A stretch of DNA of 64,000 nt from Polyangia bacterium (GTDB lineage Bacteria > Myxococcota_A > Polyangia > JAAYKL01). The stretch spans positions 256,001-320,000 of the forward strand of contig JBNKCR010000098.1 of NCBI GenBank assembly GCA_050287845.1, written 5' to 3'. Made by a program: the position numbers and the translations under genes. A model generated the notes under the pieces. The model was given only the letters and a program-made list of their open reading frames with translations, did no database searches and was not told the DNA's origin. Position 1 is the first letter of the stretch, and each line of letters begins with the position of its first letter. Shown in pieces: positions 50,156 to 61,450 of the stretch.

Positions 50156-50276
50156 TACGACGGCGAGCTCGTCTCAGATGCCCCCCACATCCACCGAGTT
50201 CGTCGTTCTTTTATTTATTCAACGGTGAGTTCACACAACGATGCCCCCCCATCAGGTGAACTCACCGTTTTTTTTT
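50156..50276 (+). ncRNA. Candidate sigma54-dependent small RNA with two C-rich-loop hairpins (Pxr-like)
   Basis: Stem 50160-71/50195-206 and stem 50221-34/50256-69, each capped by GATG-C6-(A)CATC, followed by a T-tract. Confidence 0.7.
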
Positions 50277-50399
50277 GTTTTAAAAGTGTTGTTTTTTACG
50301 CATCAGATGACTGAAGTAATCACCTGTGCGCAACTCAACATTGACTCTGTAAAGCCGTACAGAAATGAGGGTGGTGGTGCGAAATATCGTGCTGGTGAT

Positions 50400-50795
50400 T
50401 CAGCGGCTATGGGCGAGGAGCTTGCGGATTTTAAACAGCAGTTCAGCAAAATCGAAGGGTTTGTCAATATGGTCATTGGCGCCGTACAGAGGAGAAGTCA
50501 TTTCGTTGAGACTCTCGCCAATACCGGTAAGCATCATGACCGGCAGTTCCTTCAGTTCTTTGTCTGCCCGGATGGCTTTACAGACTTCCCAGCCATTCAT
50601 CTGGGGCATCATAACATCAAGAACGACGGCATCCGGGCGTTCGCGGTGAATCAGTTTCAAGGCATCAGCACCATTGTTCGCAGTGATAATGGTGCATTCG
50701 AGTACGCCAAGTCTGCGGGTGAGAATTCCGATCAGCTCCGGATCATCATCTGCCAGCAGCAGCAGGGGTTTATCGCGATTTTCTTTAGTCTGCAT
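50400..50795 (-). CDS. Single-domain response regulator
   Basis: LADDD, LDVMMPQMNG, MLTG, KPF. Confidence 0.92.
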   Translation of the reverse strand: MQTKENRDKPLLLLADDDPELIGILTRRLGVLECTIITANNGADALKLIHRERPDAVVLDVMMPQMNGWEVCKAIRADKELKELPVMMLTGIGESLNEMTSPLYGANDHIDKPFDFAELLFKIRKLLAHSR

Positions 50796-50946
50796 TGTTT
50801 CAGATTCCTACATCGGCAAAGCATATTGATATTGGTTAAAGTGTGCTGAGAGAGTGACCCAGATTCAATAAAAAGTCAATGTCTTCTGTATGACTCGGGA
50901 GGATTGCCGGTGGTGGCGAATAGATTGGATGAACACAGTGTGGGGG

Positions 50947-52512
50947 CTATTTTTCGAACGGCTGGATTCCAACGATTCCTTTTACCACGCGCTTCATTGT
51001 ATATAATGTGCTTCCGTAGGTGTTGATAATGGTATCCGTGCTGAAAAAATATTCTTTTTCGATGAACGGATGAAAATGAGAGATAAAAATCGTGGGGGTT
51101 CCCAGTTTCATCCATCCGCCCATCATGAGTCGTGCTTTGGGTCCCGCGAGACGCGCAATGTTGGTGCCATAATCATGGCGTGAAGACACCGAGCAGATGA
51201 TGAGATCGTATTTCCCGGCGTAGACAGGATCGAATATTTCTTCTGGGTAATTGCAAGTCAGGGTTTCCACATTATCGCTGTGCTGGCGCAGCTGTTTCTC
51301 AAGTTCCTCGTAAAGCGGCTTTTCATCTTCGTATCGCATTGAGATGATCACATGGGCAATTCGTGTTGATTTTTCTATTTTTGCCGGCAGAATGCCGGCT
51401 CTATCGCGAACTACTTTTACACATTTATCCACCAGCGCCCTTGAGGTCGCTTTGTGACGTTCGTAGTCGAGTACCTGCGGGGGAACCGTGTCCTGATCGA
51501 GCAGTCTCAATTTGTCTTTAAGGGAGACAATTCTCTCCGCCCGGGCAATCAGCGTTTCTTTTTTTAGCATGCCGTTTCCTAGACGTACCTTCATTTCTTT
51601 ATTGAAATAGTCCAGATTGGGAAAGAGAACGCAGTCGCCCCCTGCCTCCAGGAACAGTGCCGAGGCGTCGAAACGGTTGATGAATCCAGCAAATCCACCC
51701 ATGTTGACGGCGTCAGAGACAATAAGTCCATCAAACCCCATTTCGCCTCGCAGCAGGTCGTTGAGCAGCGGTCTGGAAACAGAAGCTGGTGGATAGAAAT
51801 CTGTGTCCGCCCATTTCTTATCAAAAGCGGGCAGAGAAATGTGTCCCGGCATGATGGCCATGGCACCCTGATCGATCAGTTCCTGGAAAACACGACCAGA
51901 GTGCTGCCACCATTCTTCCCGGGATAATGGATTGGTCGAAACGGTCAGGTGTTGATCATATATATCGTAGCCATCGCCGGGGAAGTGCTTCAGCGTGGCA
52001 ACCATGCCGTTCTCCTGAAGTCCCCGCATATAGGCGCCGGCAGTTCGGATAACGGTATCGGCGTCTACGCCTGCCGAGCGGATGCTCACCATGGGGCTGT
52101 CCGCCACGGCGGCAATATCCACACAGGGGGAGAGGGACCAGTTATATCCCACAGCGCGACCTTCGTGAGCGGCTGCGCGCCCCATCTCATATGCCAGCTT
52201 CTCGTCTCCAGCAATGCCGGCTGCCATGATGGACGGAAATTGTGTGCCGTCGGTGATCATTTCGCCGGGGCCGTTTTCCATGTCTGTTGTGATCAGCGGG
52301 GGAAATGAGCATTGTGATTTAAACCGATTAATCTGCTCGATCAATGCGGACTTCGGAGAAGCGTGAAAAAAAAGTGCACCGAAATTATTCTGACTGGGAA
52401 GTGGCGTGTGCGAAAAGAATTGTGGACACGTTATCTGATTGAGGAGTGAATCAATGTCCATCTGAGATACGATTTTTTGGGCGCGTTCGGTAATTGGGAT
52501 GGTGAATTTCAT
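50947..52512 (-). CDS. Glycoside hydrolase family 3 (N-acetylglucosaminidase/phosphorylase-type)
   Basis: DMENG, SPCVD, KHFPGDG..DQH, IMPGH, VSDAVNM; no signal peptide. Confidence 0.9.
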   Translation of the reverse strand: MKFTIPITERAQKIVSQMDIDSLLNQITCPQFFSHTPLPSQNNFGALFFHASPKSALIEQINRFKSQCSFPPLITTDMENGPGEMITDGTQFPSIMAAGIAGDEKLAYEMGRAAAHEGRAVGYNWSLSPCVDIAAVADSPMVSIRSAGVDADTVIRTAGAYMRGLQENGMVATLKHFPGDGYDIYDQHLTVSTNPLSREEWWQHSGRVFQELIDQGAMAIMPGHISLPAFDKKWADTDFYPPASVSRPLLNDLLRGEMGFDGLIVSDAVNMGGFAGFINRFDASALFLEAGGDCVLFPNLDYFNKEMKVRLGNGMLKKETLIARAERIVSLKDKLRLLDQDTVPPQVLDYERHKATSRALVDKCVKVVRDRAGILPAKIEKSTRIAHVIISMRYEDEKPLYEELEKQLRQHSDNVETLTCNYPEEIFDPVYAGKYDLIICSVSSRHDYGTNIARLAGPKARLMMGGWMKLGTPTIFISHFHPFIEKEYFFSTDTIINTYGSTLYTMKRVVKGIVGIQPFEK

Positions 52513-52739
52513 GTGAGTCTACATTCCTTGATTCGTATTACTCGGCATAGATCGAGCTGAAAGTTTACTTTCGGTGCGTTGGCCCGGATAATTTCATAAA
52601 GCCGGTTAACAACTGAATCTTAAAAATACATAGTTGTCCTTTAGAATCAACATCTAATTTCATATTAAATATAGATAACTTGTTGATGTACCAACCCGTT
52701 CTGGACGGATATGGACCGGAAATTTCACGATGGAACGGT

Positions 52740-53288
52740 TCAGCTCTGCAGTTCAATATCCGGAAGTACCCGTCGCATGCGATGTCGTTCGGCTTCTGCA
52801 GTGATCAGTGACTGCATCTCGAATGTGTCGACAATTACACACGAAAACTGGAGTGATGGTGACAGCAGCTGTGCGCAGTATTCAAAGAACCAGGGGATGG
52901 CATCTTCACCACTGATGGTCTTTGAATCCCGTCCCGGGAGCGAGACAATAATTTGTCTGGTTTTAAGACGGCGGGCAGTGTCAAACATCGTATCGAGCAT
53001 GTCGAAATAGGTTTCTCTGCTCAACAGTGTTGATTCTCCTGCGCCAACAAGTACGACATAATCGGTCGGCAATCGGTTTCCAGGTAAAACCAGTAACGAT
53101 TCATGTAATTTTCCGGTAAAATGATTGGCAATTCGAAGATCTGACAGTCGTCCCAGCAATCGCCAGTCAACCAGTCCGGTAAATCCCTGGAGTGGGCGAC
53201 GTTCTGCAAACTGAAAACAGCATATCATACTGTCCTTCTGACACGGTATTGACTCCAGACGAGGAAGGCTGTGCGATATCGTTGTCAA
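52740..53288 (-). CDS. Peptidase M17 N-terminal-domain-like protein
   Basis: ERRPLQGFTGLVDWRLLGRLS; overlaps the nusB stop. Confidence 0.7.
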   Translation of the reverse strand: MTTISHSLPRLESIPCQKDSMICCFQFAERRPLQGFTGLVDWRLLGRLSDLRIANHFTGKLHESLLVLPGNRLPTDYVVLVGAGESTLLSRETYFDMLDTMFDTARRLKTRQIIVSLPGRDSKTISGEDAIPWFFEYCAQLLSPSLQFSCVIVDTFEMQSLITAEAERHRMRRVLPDIELQS

Positions 53289-53701
53289 TTTTCAGCACCT
53301 TCTTCTTTGGCAATCCGGTCGAGAACACCGTTGACGAATGCTGCGGATTCTTCGGCGCCAAACCGTTTGGCCAGCTCCACGGCTTCATTGATTACCACTT
53401 TCAGAGGAGTATCCGGTGCGTTGTTTTTCAGCTCAAACACACCCATGCGAAGAATATTCCGGTCCACTCGACTCATGCGCTCCAGTCGCCAATTGTCACT
53501 GGCAGTCATGATGGTGGCGTCAATTTGTGAGACTTTGTCTGCAATATTGCGAAACATCTGGATACTGAATTCATCCGGAATGGGGCCTTCGGCAAAACTG
53601 CTTCGATACAACCGAATCACTTCCTGAGGAGATTCAGCGGTGGCTTCGAGCTGAAACAACATCTGGAGCACTGCTTCCCGTGCCCGACGACGATTGGCCA
53701 T
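53285..53701 (-). CDS. nusB: Transcription antitermination factor NusB
   Basis: RRRARE, NWRLER..VDRNILR, INEAVELAK.F, FVNGVLD. Confidence 0.96.
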   Translation of the reverse strand: MANRRRAREAVLQMLFQLEATAESPQEVIRLYRSSFAEGPIPDEFSIQMFRNIADKVSQIDATIMTASDNWRLERMSRVDRNILRMGVFELKNNAPDTPLKVVINEAVELAKRFGAEESAAFVNGVLDRIAKEEGAEN

Positions 53702-53702
53702 A

Positions 53703-54184
<482 letters not shown>

Positions 54185-54188
<4 letters not shown>

Positions 54189-55318
54189 TGTTTATTAACC
54201 TCCTCAAGGGAAATTTGCGTCGCGGATGTAAATCCCCACGCGTTGAGTCCAATCAATTTGTGAGGATTGTTTGAGATCACCTGGAGTCTCCGCACGCCCA
54301 GCTCCAGTAGAATCTGAGCGCCGATGCCATATTCCCGGATAATCGGATTATTTCGATCAGATTCCACAGGGTTGAGTGCCATGGACAACTGATCTTTCAG
54401 GGATTCTCTGGCAGGCAAAAACAGGATGACCCCGCGTCCCCGTGCAACGATGGCATCAATCAGTTGCTGGATGGTCGGGCTGTTCGGCCGTGTCGTCGCA
54501 CCAAAGATATCGTCTGTTACGTTGGATACGTGGGCTCTGATTGGGACGGGATCACCATCATCGATGGGGCCAAGGGTCAGGGCCACGTATTCGTGACGCA
54601 TGATGCCGGGCAATGCCTCATACACATGCGCTCTGAAAACCGCTTTTCGGGTGCTGCCCAGCGTGACGTCGAACTGGGCAACCGACTCCACGAGACGATC
54701 GTGCTGCAGTCGGTACTCAATCAAGTCTGCCACACTGAGAATGACCAGATTGTGCTCCGCGGCAAATAATCGGAGATCATCCATTCTGGCCATTGTGCCG
54801 TCCTGCTTCATTATTTCGCAGATGACCCCTGCAGGCTCCAGACCTGCCAGCCGGGCCAGGTCCACCGAGCCTTCGGTCTGGCCGGTTCGCTGCAGAACGC
54901 CGCCGGGCATGGCACGCAATGGAAACACATGCCCGGGGCTGATGAGATCACTGGCGGTCGACGATGGGTCGGCGCACACTCTGACGGTCCGTGCCCGGTC
55001 CGAGGCGCTGATACCCGTGCTGACACCGGTTGCCGCTTCCACCGTTACGGTGAATGCCGTTCCCAGAGGGGTCTGGTTGGTCGCCACCATCATCGGCAGC
55101 TGGAGTCTGTCCACTTGAGCTGGAGTCAGCGTGACACAGATAAGTCCACACGCTCTGGTTGCCATGAATGCAATGTCATCCGGGGTGACCAGTTCGGCTG
55201 CCATGACCAGGTCACCTTCGTTTTCCCGATCTTCATCGTCCACCAGAATGACCATCCGACCGGCTCTTATCTCGTCGAGCGCTTTCTGAACCCGCAAAAT
55301 CGCTTGTCGCTGTTCCAT
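54185..55318 (-). CDS. ribB: DHBP synthase fused to a degenerate GTP cyclohydrolase II domain (RibBX-type)
   Basis: [33 protein letters not shown]-terminal domain lacks the zinc-binding cysteines. Confidence 0.9.
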
Positions 55319-55326
55319 ATATTGAA

Positions 55327-55980
55327 TTACCTCATAAATCCGTTCTGAATCAGCATTTCCATGGAAACGCCGGTTGCCCCTACTGAACCACTGTCTCTAC
55401 TGAGTTTTCTCGAAATATATTTGGCCAGTATATCTGTCTCAAGATTCACGGACATTCCCGGTTGCAGATTGCCCAGCGTGGTATGGGACAGCGTCACAGG
55501 GATAACCATCACCTCAAAATCGTCGTCTCGTACCGTATTCACGGTCAGGCTGACACCATCAATTGTCACGGAGCCTTTGGGGGCAATTTGGCTTTGCAGT
55601 TCCGCTGAATCCGGGAGCGAAAATCGGAAACGGGAGGCTGCGGTCTGTATGATTTTTTCGAGTACCCGTACCCGTGTGTCCACATGGCCGGTCACCAGAT
55701 GTCCGCCCAGGGGTGTGCTCAGGGTCAATGCTTTCTCCAGATTCACTGGCGCACCAGTCTGCATCCGTGCCATTCCGGTCACCTGAAGTGTTTCCACCGA
55801 GGCGAATACCGTGAATGTCGAATCTGTGAAATCGGTAACTGACAGGCAAGTGCCATTGATGGCAATGCTTTCGCCGAGCTGAAACGAGCGAAAGTCCGAT
55901 TCAATGGTAAGGGTCGCTTCCTTACCGCGGGGAGTGATAGCTCTGATTTTTCCAATGCATTGTATAAGACCGGTAAACAT
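55327..55980 (-). CDS. ribE: Riboflavin synthase
   Basis: MFTGL, SIAINGTCLSV, GGHLVTGHVD, KGSVTIDGVSLT, VNLETD. Confidence 0.96.
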   Translation of the reverse strand: MFTGLIQCIGKIRAITPRGKEATLTIESDFRSFQLGESIAINGTCLSVTDFTDSTFTVFASVETLQVTGMARMQTGAPVNLEKALTLSTPLGGHLVTGHVDTRVRVLEKIIQTAASRFRFSLPDSAELQSQIAPKGSVTIDGVSLTVNTVRDDDFEVMVIPVTLSHTTLGNLQPGMSVNLETDILAKYISRKLSRDSGSVGATGVSMEMLIQNGFMR

Positions 55981-56084
55981 ATTACGCCAATTTCCCCATA
56001 CAGCCGTTCGACCGGGCTGAACGCCCCGTGACTATACACAAAGGAGTGCCTTTTTCCAGGGATTTTTCCTTAAACTTTAAGAGA

Positions 56085-56465
56085 CTACATTCTTTTTTCA
56101 GGGGGCTGCGGCGCAACGGAGCGTTTGGATATATATTCCGGCAAATGCTCTTTTCCCTGCTTGATATCTTTAAATTCAATACCAAGTCCGGGCGTGTTGG
56201 CCGATGAGGCAGTGTTATTTTCAAGGGGATGAGAATTACTTTTCCAGGCGACACGCCCACGCGCGAGCAGTTCCCTGGAATCCTGTAGACTGATTCGAAT
56301 ATCAATCTCCGTGTCTGCTTCCAGAATCGGTAATGTCTGCAGAAATAGTCCATCCTGACTCAGATTTATAACAGTACCAAACAGGGTGATGCTTTCCTGT
56401 TCAATCCAACACTTGCAATTGGCAATACAACGTGCGCTGGTTCTTCGTTCGGTTCTACTGTTCAA
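56085..56465 (-). CDS. PilZ-domain protein
   Basis: ERRTSAR and NLSQDG motifs, GLGIEF. Start uncertain. Confidence 0.85.
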   Translation of the reverse strand: MNSRTERRTSARCIANCKCWIEQESITLFGTVINLSQDGLFLQTLPILEADTEIDIRISLQDSRELLARGRVAWKSNSHPLENNTASSANTPGLGIEFKDIKQGKEHLPEYISKRSVAPQPPEKRM

Positions 56466-56727
56466 CGTTGCGTCTTCCTTTGCCCCCCGGCCGAGCAATT
56501 TTATGACAGGGAATAGGGGATTGCAACGCAAAAAGTAGCTGCTAACTACTTTAAAATAATGAAAAATTGGGTTGGTGAATTTCGAATTTCAAAACCGGTA
56601 TTTCAATGGTGAAATTAGATTTTCAGGCACAGCATAATCCGGAGTCGTCACAGGTTGAACTGAGAAAGAACGGACTTACGCTGTCAGTCTCGTGACAAAA
56701 AGGACAACACTGGTGATTTAAAAAGGG

Positions 56728-58164
56728 TTATTCGCGAATTTTTCGGGTGACAATGTCAACCGCTTCTTCCAGTTTGATGCGTTCCTGCCGCATGTCATCG
56801 CGATATCGGATGGTGACGGTGCCATCTTCCTTGGTCTGTCCGTCTACAGTAACACAGAACGGGGTTCCGGCTTCATCCTGCCTTGCGTATCGGCGGCCGA
56901 TGGCGTCCTTCTCATCATAGAAAGCATTGATGCCGCTCCTGAGGAAATCCCTGACAATTTCCCTGGCTTTTCCGGTCAACCATTCGTCCTTTTTTACAAG
57001 GGGCAGCAACGCCACCTTAATTGGCGCAAGCCTTGGATGCAGTCTCAGGACAACGCGACCTTCCTTGCGGCCTTCGCTCGGGGGCTCCTCATCGTACGCA
57101 TCCAGCAGGAACATCAGAACGGTGCGTGTGGCGCCGGCTGCGGGCTCGATAACGTAGGGCAAATAGTGGACCCCCTGTTTCCCGGTCTCCGGATTGATGC
57201 CCGTGGGATCGAAATAGGTGAGTTTCTTCCCCGATGCTTCCTGGTGTTTCCGCAGGTCGTAGTCTGTCCGGTTGGCAATCCCTTCCAGCTCGTCCCATCC
57301 CCACGGATATTTGTATTCCACATCGTAGCAACCATCCGCATAATGGGCCAACTCATCTTCGTCATGGGCACGCAGGCGCAGGTTTTCTTCTTTGCAACCG
57401 AGATTCGTATACCAGTTGAACCGCTCCTGTTTCCAGTAATCCAGCCATTTCGGCGCTTCTTCCGGCGGACAGAAGTACTCCATTTCCATCTGCTCGAATT
57501 CACACGAACGGAAAATGAAATGTTCGACAGTAATTTCATTTCGGAACGATTTGCCCTGTTGGGCAATACCAAATGGCGGTTTGAGTCGATACGTGGACTG
57601 AACATTGAGGAAATTCACGAACATGGCCTGGGCGGTTTCGGGTCTCAGATATACCACCGAGTCACCTGTGTCCACCGGGCCGAGATTGGTTTTGAACAGC
57701 AAATTGAATTCCCGCTCCTCCGACAGATTGGGAGAGCCGCATTCCGGACAGATATAAGACTGCCCGGCCACTGCCGCCAGCATTTTACCGTGGGCGCGAT
57801 ATTTCACTTCCTGGCCCACCTCCACCACGGGTGCTTTGTCTGCGCGAAACCGCGTCTTGCAGTCCTTGCAATCCACCAGCGGATCGGAGAATCCCCCAAC
57901 ATGTCCGGAGGCCTGCCACACTCTGGGAGACATAATAATCGACGCATCCAGACCGACCACATCTTCCCGCTCATGCACCATCGAACGCCACCATTCTGCC
58001 ATGACATTGCGTTTGAGCTCCACCCCCAGTGGACCATAATCATATGCGGACTTCAGCCCGCCGTATATTTCAGAGGATTGAAACACAAACCCTCTGCGTT
58101 TGCAGAGACCGACTATTTTTTGCATCAAATCGGATTCATTGGACTTCTGTTTTTTTTCTCCCAT
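56728..58164 (-). CDS. glyQS: Glycine--tRNA ligase (homodimeric type)
   Basis: KRRGF..SSEIYGG, YLRPETAQ, FRNEI, EFEQME, ELEGIANR, IEP. Confidence 0.97.
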   Translation of the reverse strand: MGEKKQKSNESDLMQKIVGLCKRRGFVFQSSEIYGGLKSAYDYGPLGVELKRNVMAEWWRSMVHEREDVVGLDASIIMSPRVWQASGHVGGFSDPLVDCKDCKTRFRADKAPVVEVGQEVKYRAHGKMLAAVAGQSYICPECGSPNLSEEREFNLLFKTNLGPVDTGDSVVYLRPETAQAMFVNFLNVQSTYRLKPPFGIAQQGKSFRNEITVEHFIFRSCEFEQMEMEYFCPPEEAPKWLDYWKQERFNWYTNLGCKEENLRLRAHDEDELAHYADGCYDVEYKYPWGWDELEGIANRTDYDLRKHQEASGKKLTYFDPTGINPETGKQGVHYLPYVIEPAAGATRTVLMFLLDAYDEEPPSEGRKEGRVVLRLHPRLAPIKVALLPLVKKDEWLTGKAREIVRDFLRSGINAFYDEKDAIGRRYARQDEAGTPFCVTVDGQTKEDGTVTIRYRDDMRQERIKLEEAVDIVTRKIRE

Positions 58165-58444
58165 AGTATTCTCCAAAAAAAGCTAGCGTTCAGCGTTCGA
58201 AGTTTCGTTTTGCAAAATTCCGCGTCTTTGTACATCGGTAACTTTAAAAACCCAAGTTTTGATTGCGCTTTTCGAGACTAAAGTTACGGCAATATTGAAA
58301 AGAAGAAAAATAATTGAATTCGGTTGTCGAAAAGACTTGCGTCGCGCGCGAAAAATTGCATAAGAAGGTTGCGTGACAGATACAAATGTTTCTGTATCAA
58401 GGACAAGTGTTGCATATCCGAGTTTAGATGAAGGAGTGATTGCT

Positions 58445-59557
58445 ATGAAAAAAGTGGGTATCGTTGGTTGGCGTGGGATGGTTGGTTCCGTACTGATGGA
58501 CAGAATGATCAACGAAAACGATTTTGACCATTTTGAACCGTTCTTTTTTTCCACCTCTCAGACCGGTCAGGCCGGACCAACAGTTAAAGGTAAATCGTCC
58601 ACTCTGAAAGATGCTTTTGATATCAGAGAATTGAACTCGCTGGACATTATTGTCACCTGTCAGGGCGGTGGATATACCAACGAAGTGGCACCGAAACTGC
58701 GGGCTGCCGGTTGGAACGGATACTGGATTGATGCGGCCAGCGCACTGCGCATGGCCGACGATGCGATCATAGTGCTGGATCCGGTGAATCGTCCGGTCAT
58801 CGATAAAGGATTGAAAGACGGAATAAAGAATTACATCGGCGGAAACTGTACTGTCAGCCTGATGTTGATGGCCATCGGCGGGCTTTTCAAGGCAGGCCTG
58901 GTGGAATGGGTGACCGCCATGACCTATCAGGCGGCCTCGGGCGCCGGTGCGCAGAATATGAGAGAACTGGTAAAACAGATGGGGGCCATTGCGGAATGTG
59001 CCGGTGACCTGACAAGTCCTTCCGCATCGGCGTTGGAACTGGACAGGACCGTTATTGATTGCATGAACAGCAGCGCGTTTCCCATTGATAAGTTCGGTGC
59101 GCCACTGGCTGGCAGTGTGTTGCCCTGGATTGACTCGGCGCTTGAAAACGGGCAGAGCCGGGAAGAATGGAAAGGCGTGGCGGAGACCAACAAAATCCTG
59201 GGGACAGCTGCTCCCATTCCGGTGGATGGCACATGCGTCCGCATCGGGGCAATGCGTTGTCACAGTCAGGGATTGACCATCAAACTCAACAGAGATGTAC
59301 CTCTCGCTGAAGTGGAGTCAATCATTGCCAATGACAACGACTGGGTGAAATTGATTCCCAATACCAGAGAAGCCACCATCGCGGAGCTGACCCCGGCGGC
59401 AGTGACTGGTAAACTGACAGTTCCTGTGGGACGTGTGCGAAAAATGAACCTCGGGCCGATGTACGTGAACGCCTACACCGTCGGCGATCAGCTGCTCTGG
59501 GGTGCTGCGGAGCCGGTTCGGCGCATCCTTCGAATTGTGCTTGAGCATTTGAACTGA
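58445..59557 (+). CDS. asd: Aspartate-semialdehyde dehydrogenase
   Basis: [34 protein letters not shown]. Confidence 0.97.
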   Translation: MKKVGIVGWRGMVGSVLMDRMINENDFDHFEPFFFSTSQTGQAGPTVKGKSSTLKDAFDIRELNSLDIIVTCQGGGYTNEVAPKLRAAGWNGYWIDAASALRMADDAIIVLDPVNRPVIDKGLKDGIKNYIGGNCTVSLMLMAIGGLFKAGLVEWVTAMTYQAASGAGAQNMRELVKQMGAIAECAGDLTSPSASALELDRTVIDCMNSSAFPIDKFGAPLAGSVLPWIDSALENGQSREEWKGVAETNKILGTAAPIPVDGTCVRIGAMRCHSQGLTIKLNRDVPLAEVESIIANDNDWVKLIPNTREATIAELTPAAVTGKLTVPVGRVRKMNLGPMYVNAYTVGDQLLWGAAEPVRRILRIVLEHLN

Positions 59558-59565
59558 CGGAGTTT

Positions 59566-60702
59566 ATGGTGCGTGGATTGTCGAAGGAAAAACTGGACGC
59601 GCTCATTCAGTGCAATGATATTTCCTCAGCGGATTACAGCGATCTGGTTTCGTGGGTAAGCGAAGAACCGGGTCTTGCAAAATTCGCCCCGGATGAAATC
59701 TGCCGAATGGATCCCCGAAATCGGCGAATGACCATTTACAATGCGGCACGCAGTAAACGTCCCCATGACAATCGCAGCGATGAACCACCCCGAGTGCTGA
59801 ATGGGGAAAAGCCGTGTCCCATCTGCGATGGCAATACCACGCGGCCTATCGATGTGGCACCGTTGAGTGATGGATATACATTCATCAACAAAAATCTGTT
59901 TCCGTGCTTCTTCAATACCGGTGAGTCCGTGACAGCAGCAGTGGTTCCTGATGGCCCTCTGCGCGTGGACGCCGGTAAACCCGCGGGGAATCATTTTCTA
60001 CAGTGGACATCCACATTTCATGACCGCGACTGGTACAATATGACGCTGGAAGATCTGTGCGTGGTATTCAGGCGATTGGGAGTCTTTGAAAAACATCTAC
60101 TGACATCATCCGGCGCCAGCATGCCGGATACTTCTGAATGGTACGGCACCTCCGGCGTATCCGGATTTGTGCTCGCCATGAAAAATTTTGGCGCGCAGGT
60201 GGGGGGATCACTGGTGCATGGTCATCAGCAAATCACCCATTCAAATGTGATGAGCAAGTCTGCTTTCGAGGACTGGCAGTTTCAGAAACGTCATGGCATA
60301 CCGTTTTCAACCTACCTCCGGCAGCACACGCCCGAATCGCTTCGGCTGCTCGATTTAAACGAAGCGGAAGTGGTTGTGCCATATTTTATGCGTCGTCCCA
60401 TGGGCGCTATGTTGCTGTTGAAGGACGACAGCAAACAATTGATTTCGGACTTGTCCGACAAGGAGTGTCGGTCGGTGGTGGAAGGCATTTCCCGCATGTT
60501 GCAGGTCTATCATCGCCTGATGCCGGACCTGGGACGGGATGTGGCGTACAACGTATTGTTTCATACCGGGCCGGGCGCAGGCATATACGTGGAGTTTCTG
60601 CCGTACACCCAGGAAACGGGTGGCATGGAACAGCTCGGATTGTGGGTGTGTCAGGATACCCCGGAGGGGTCAGCGACCGTGTTGCGGGAGTATCTGTCTT
60701 AA
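59566..60702 (+). CDS. GalT-like HIT-superfamily nucleotidyltransferase
   Basis: RSKRP, CPIC.G, NKNLFP, KNFG...GGSLVHGHQQ (HxHxQ). Confidence 0.75.
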   Translation: MVRGLSKEKLDALIQCNDISSADYSDLVSWVSEEPGLAKFAPDEICRMDPRNRRMTIYNAARSKRPHDNRSDEPPRVLNGEKPCPICDGNTTRPIDVAPLSDGYTFINKNLFPCFFNTGESVTAAVVPDGPLRVDAGKPAGNHFLQWTSTFHDRDWYNMTLEDLCVVFRRLGVFEKHLLTSSGASMPDTSEWYGTSGVSGFVLAMKNFGAQVGGSLVHGHQQITHSNVMSKSAFEDWQFQKRHGIPFSTYLRQHTPESLRLLDLNEAEVVVPYFMRRPMGAMLLLKDDSKQLISDLSDKECRSVVEGISRMLQVYHRLMPDLGRDVAYNVLFHTGPGAGIYVEFLPYTQETGGMEQLGLWVCQDTPEGSATVLREYLS

Positions 60703-61385
60703 AAATTTGCCGCCGGCTTTCGCTTTCGTGGCAACAGGGACCCGGCAAAGAGCCCGATCCCGGCGATGGATAGAATAATGATGGTTTCGATGGAAATCGC
60801 GTCGCTTTTTTCGGCCAGTTCGATCAGTTTTAATCCCGCCGCCGAATACAGCAGAATTACCGGGATGTCGCCAATGAAGGATCCCCAGAGAAACCCCCGA
60901 AACGGGATTCTGGTGATGGCACAGAAAATGGTAATCGCACCATACGGCAGTACCAGTATCATTCGCAGACTCGCGACGGTGAGCATCGGATAGTTGAGCA
61001 GCCGCTTTTCGAATCGTTTCAGAAGTGGTGGCAGTTTTTCGAGAACGTCGCCCTGAACCAGTTTCTGCGCAGTGAAAAACAATGCCGATGTTCCAAGAAG
61101 CGTGCCTGCGAGTGTCGCCAGCGCACCTGGAATGAAACCAAGAAGCGCAGTCCCCACCATATTCAGAATTGCCTTGGTCGGCAGGGTGAAGAACATCCCG
61201 ATGGTATGCAACAACAGCAATGCGGCAAATGATATCATCCCATAGGACACGGCTGTACTTTGGACTTCCAGGGTGAGCCGCTGCACAGTTTTAAAATCCA
61301 GATGCTTCATGCTGATAAACCAGCCGACGGCGAGAACGATGACAGCAATCAGAAGCAGCACAATATTTTTCGCTGGCAATTTCAT
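60699..61385 (-). CDS. TVP38/TMEM64 (DedA/VTT) family membrane protein
   Basis: LP...G.L.GF..G, LRM...PY, F..FLWGSFIG. Confidence 0.82.
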   Translation of the reverse strand: MKLPAKNIVLLLIAVIVLAVGWFISMKHLDFKTVQRLTLEVQSTAVSYGMISFAALLLLHTIGMFFTLPTKAILNMVGTALLGFIPGALATLAGTLLGTSALFFTAQKLVQGDVLEKLPPLLKRFEKRLLNYPMLTVASLRMILVLPYGAITIFCAITRIPFRGFLWGSFIGDIPVILLYSAAGLKLIELAEKSDAISIETIIILSIAGIGLFAGSLLPRKRKPAANF

Positions 61386-61450
61386 GTCAGGTTATTAATA
61401 GCAGAGAATTGAGGGGTGAAAGAGCGAAAAAAATGGTAAGATGGCGCATC

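Noticed and set aside
50241..50849. 202-aa plus-strand ORF starting inside the sRNA candidate
   Set aside because: Antisense shadow of the response regulator; no RBS
57037..58281. 414-aa plus-strand ORF
   Set aside because: Antisense to the clearly conserved glyQS
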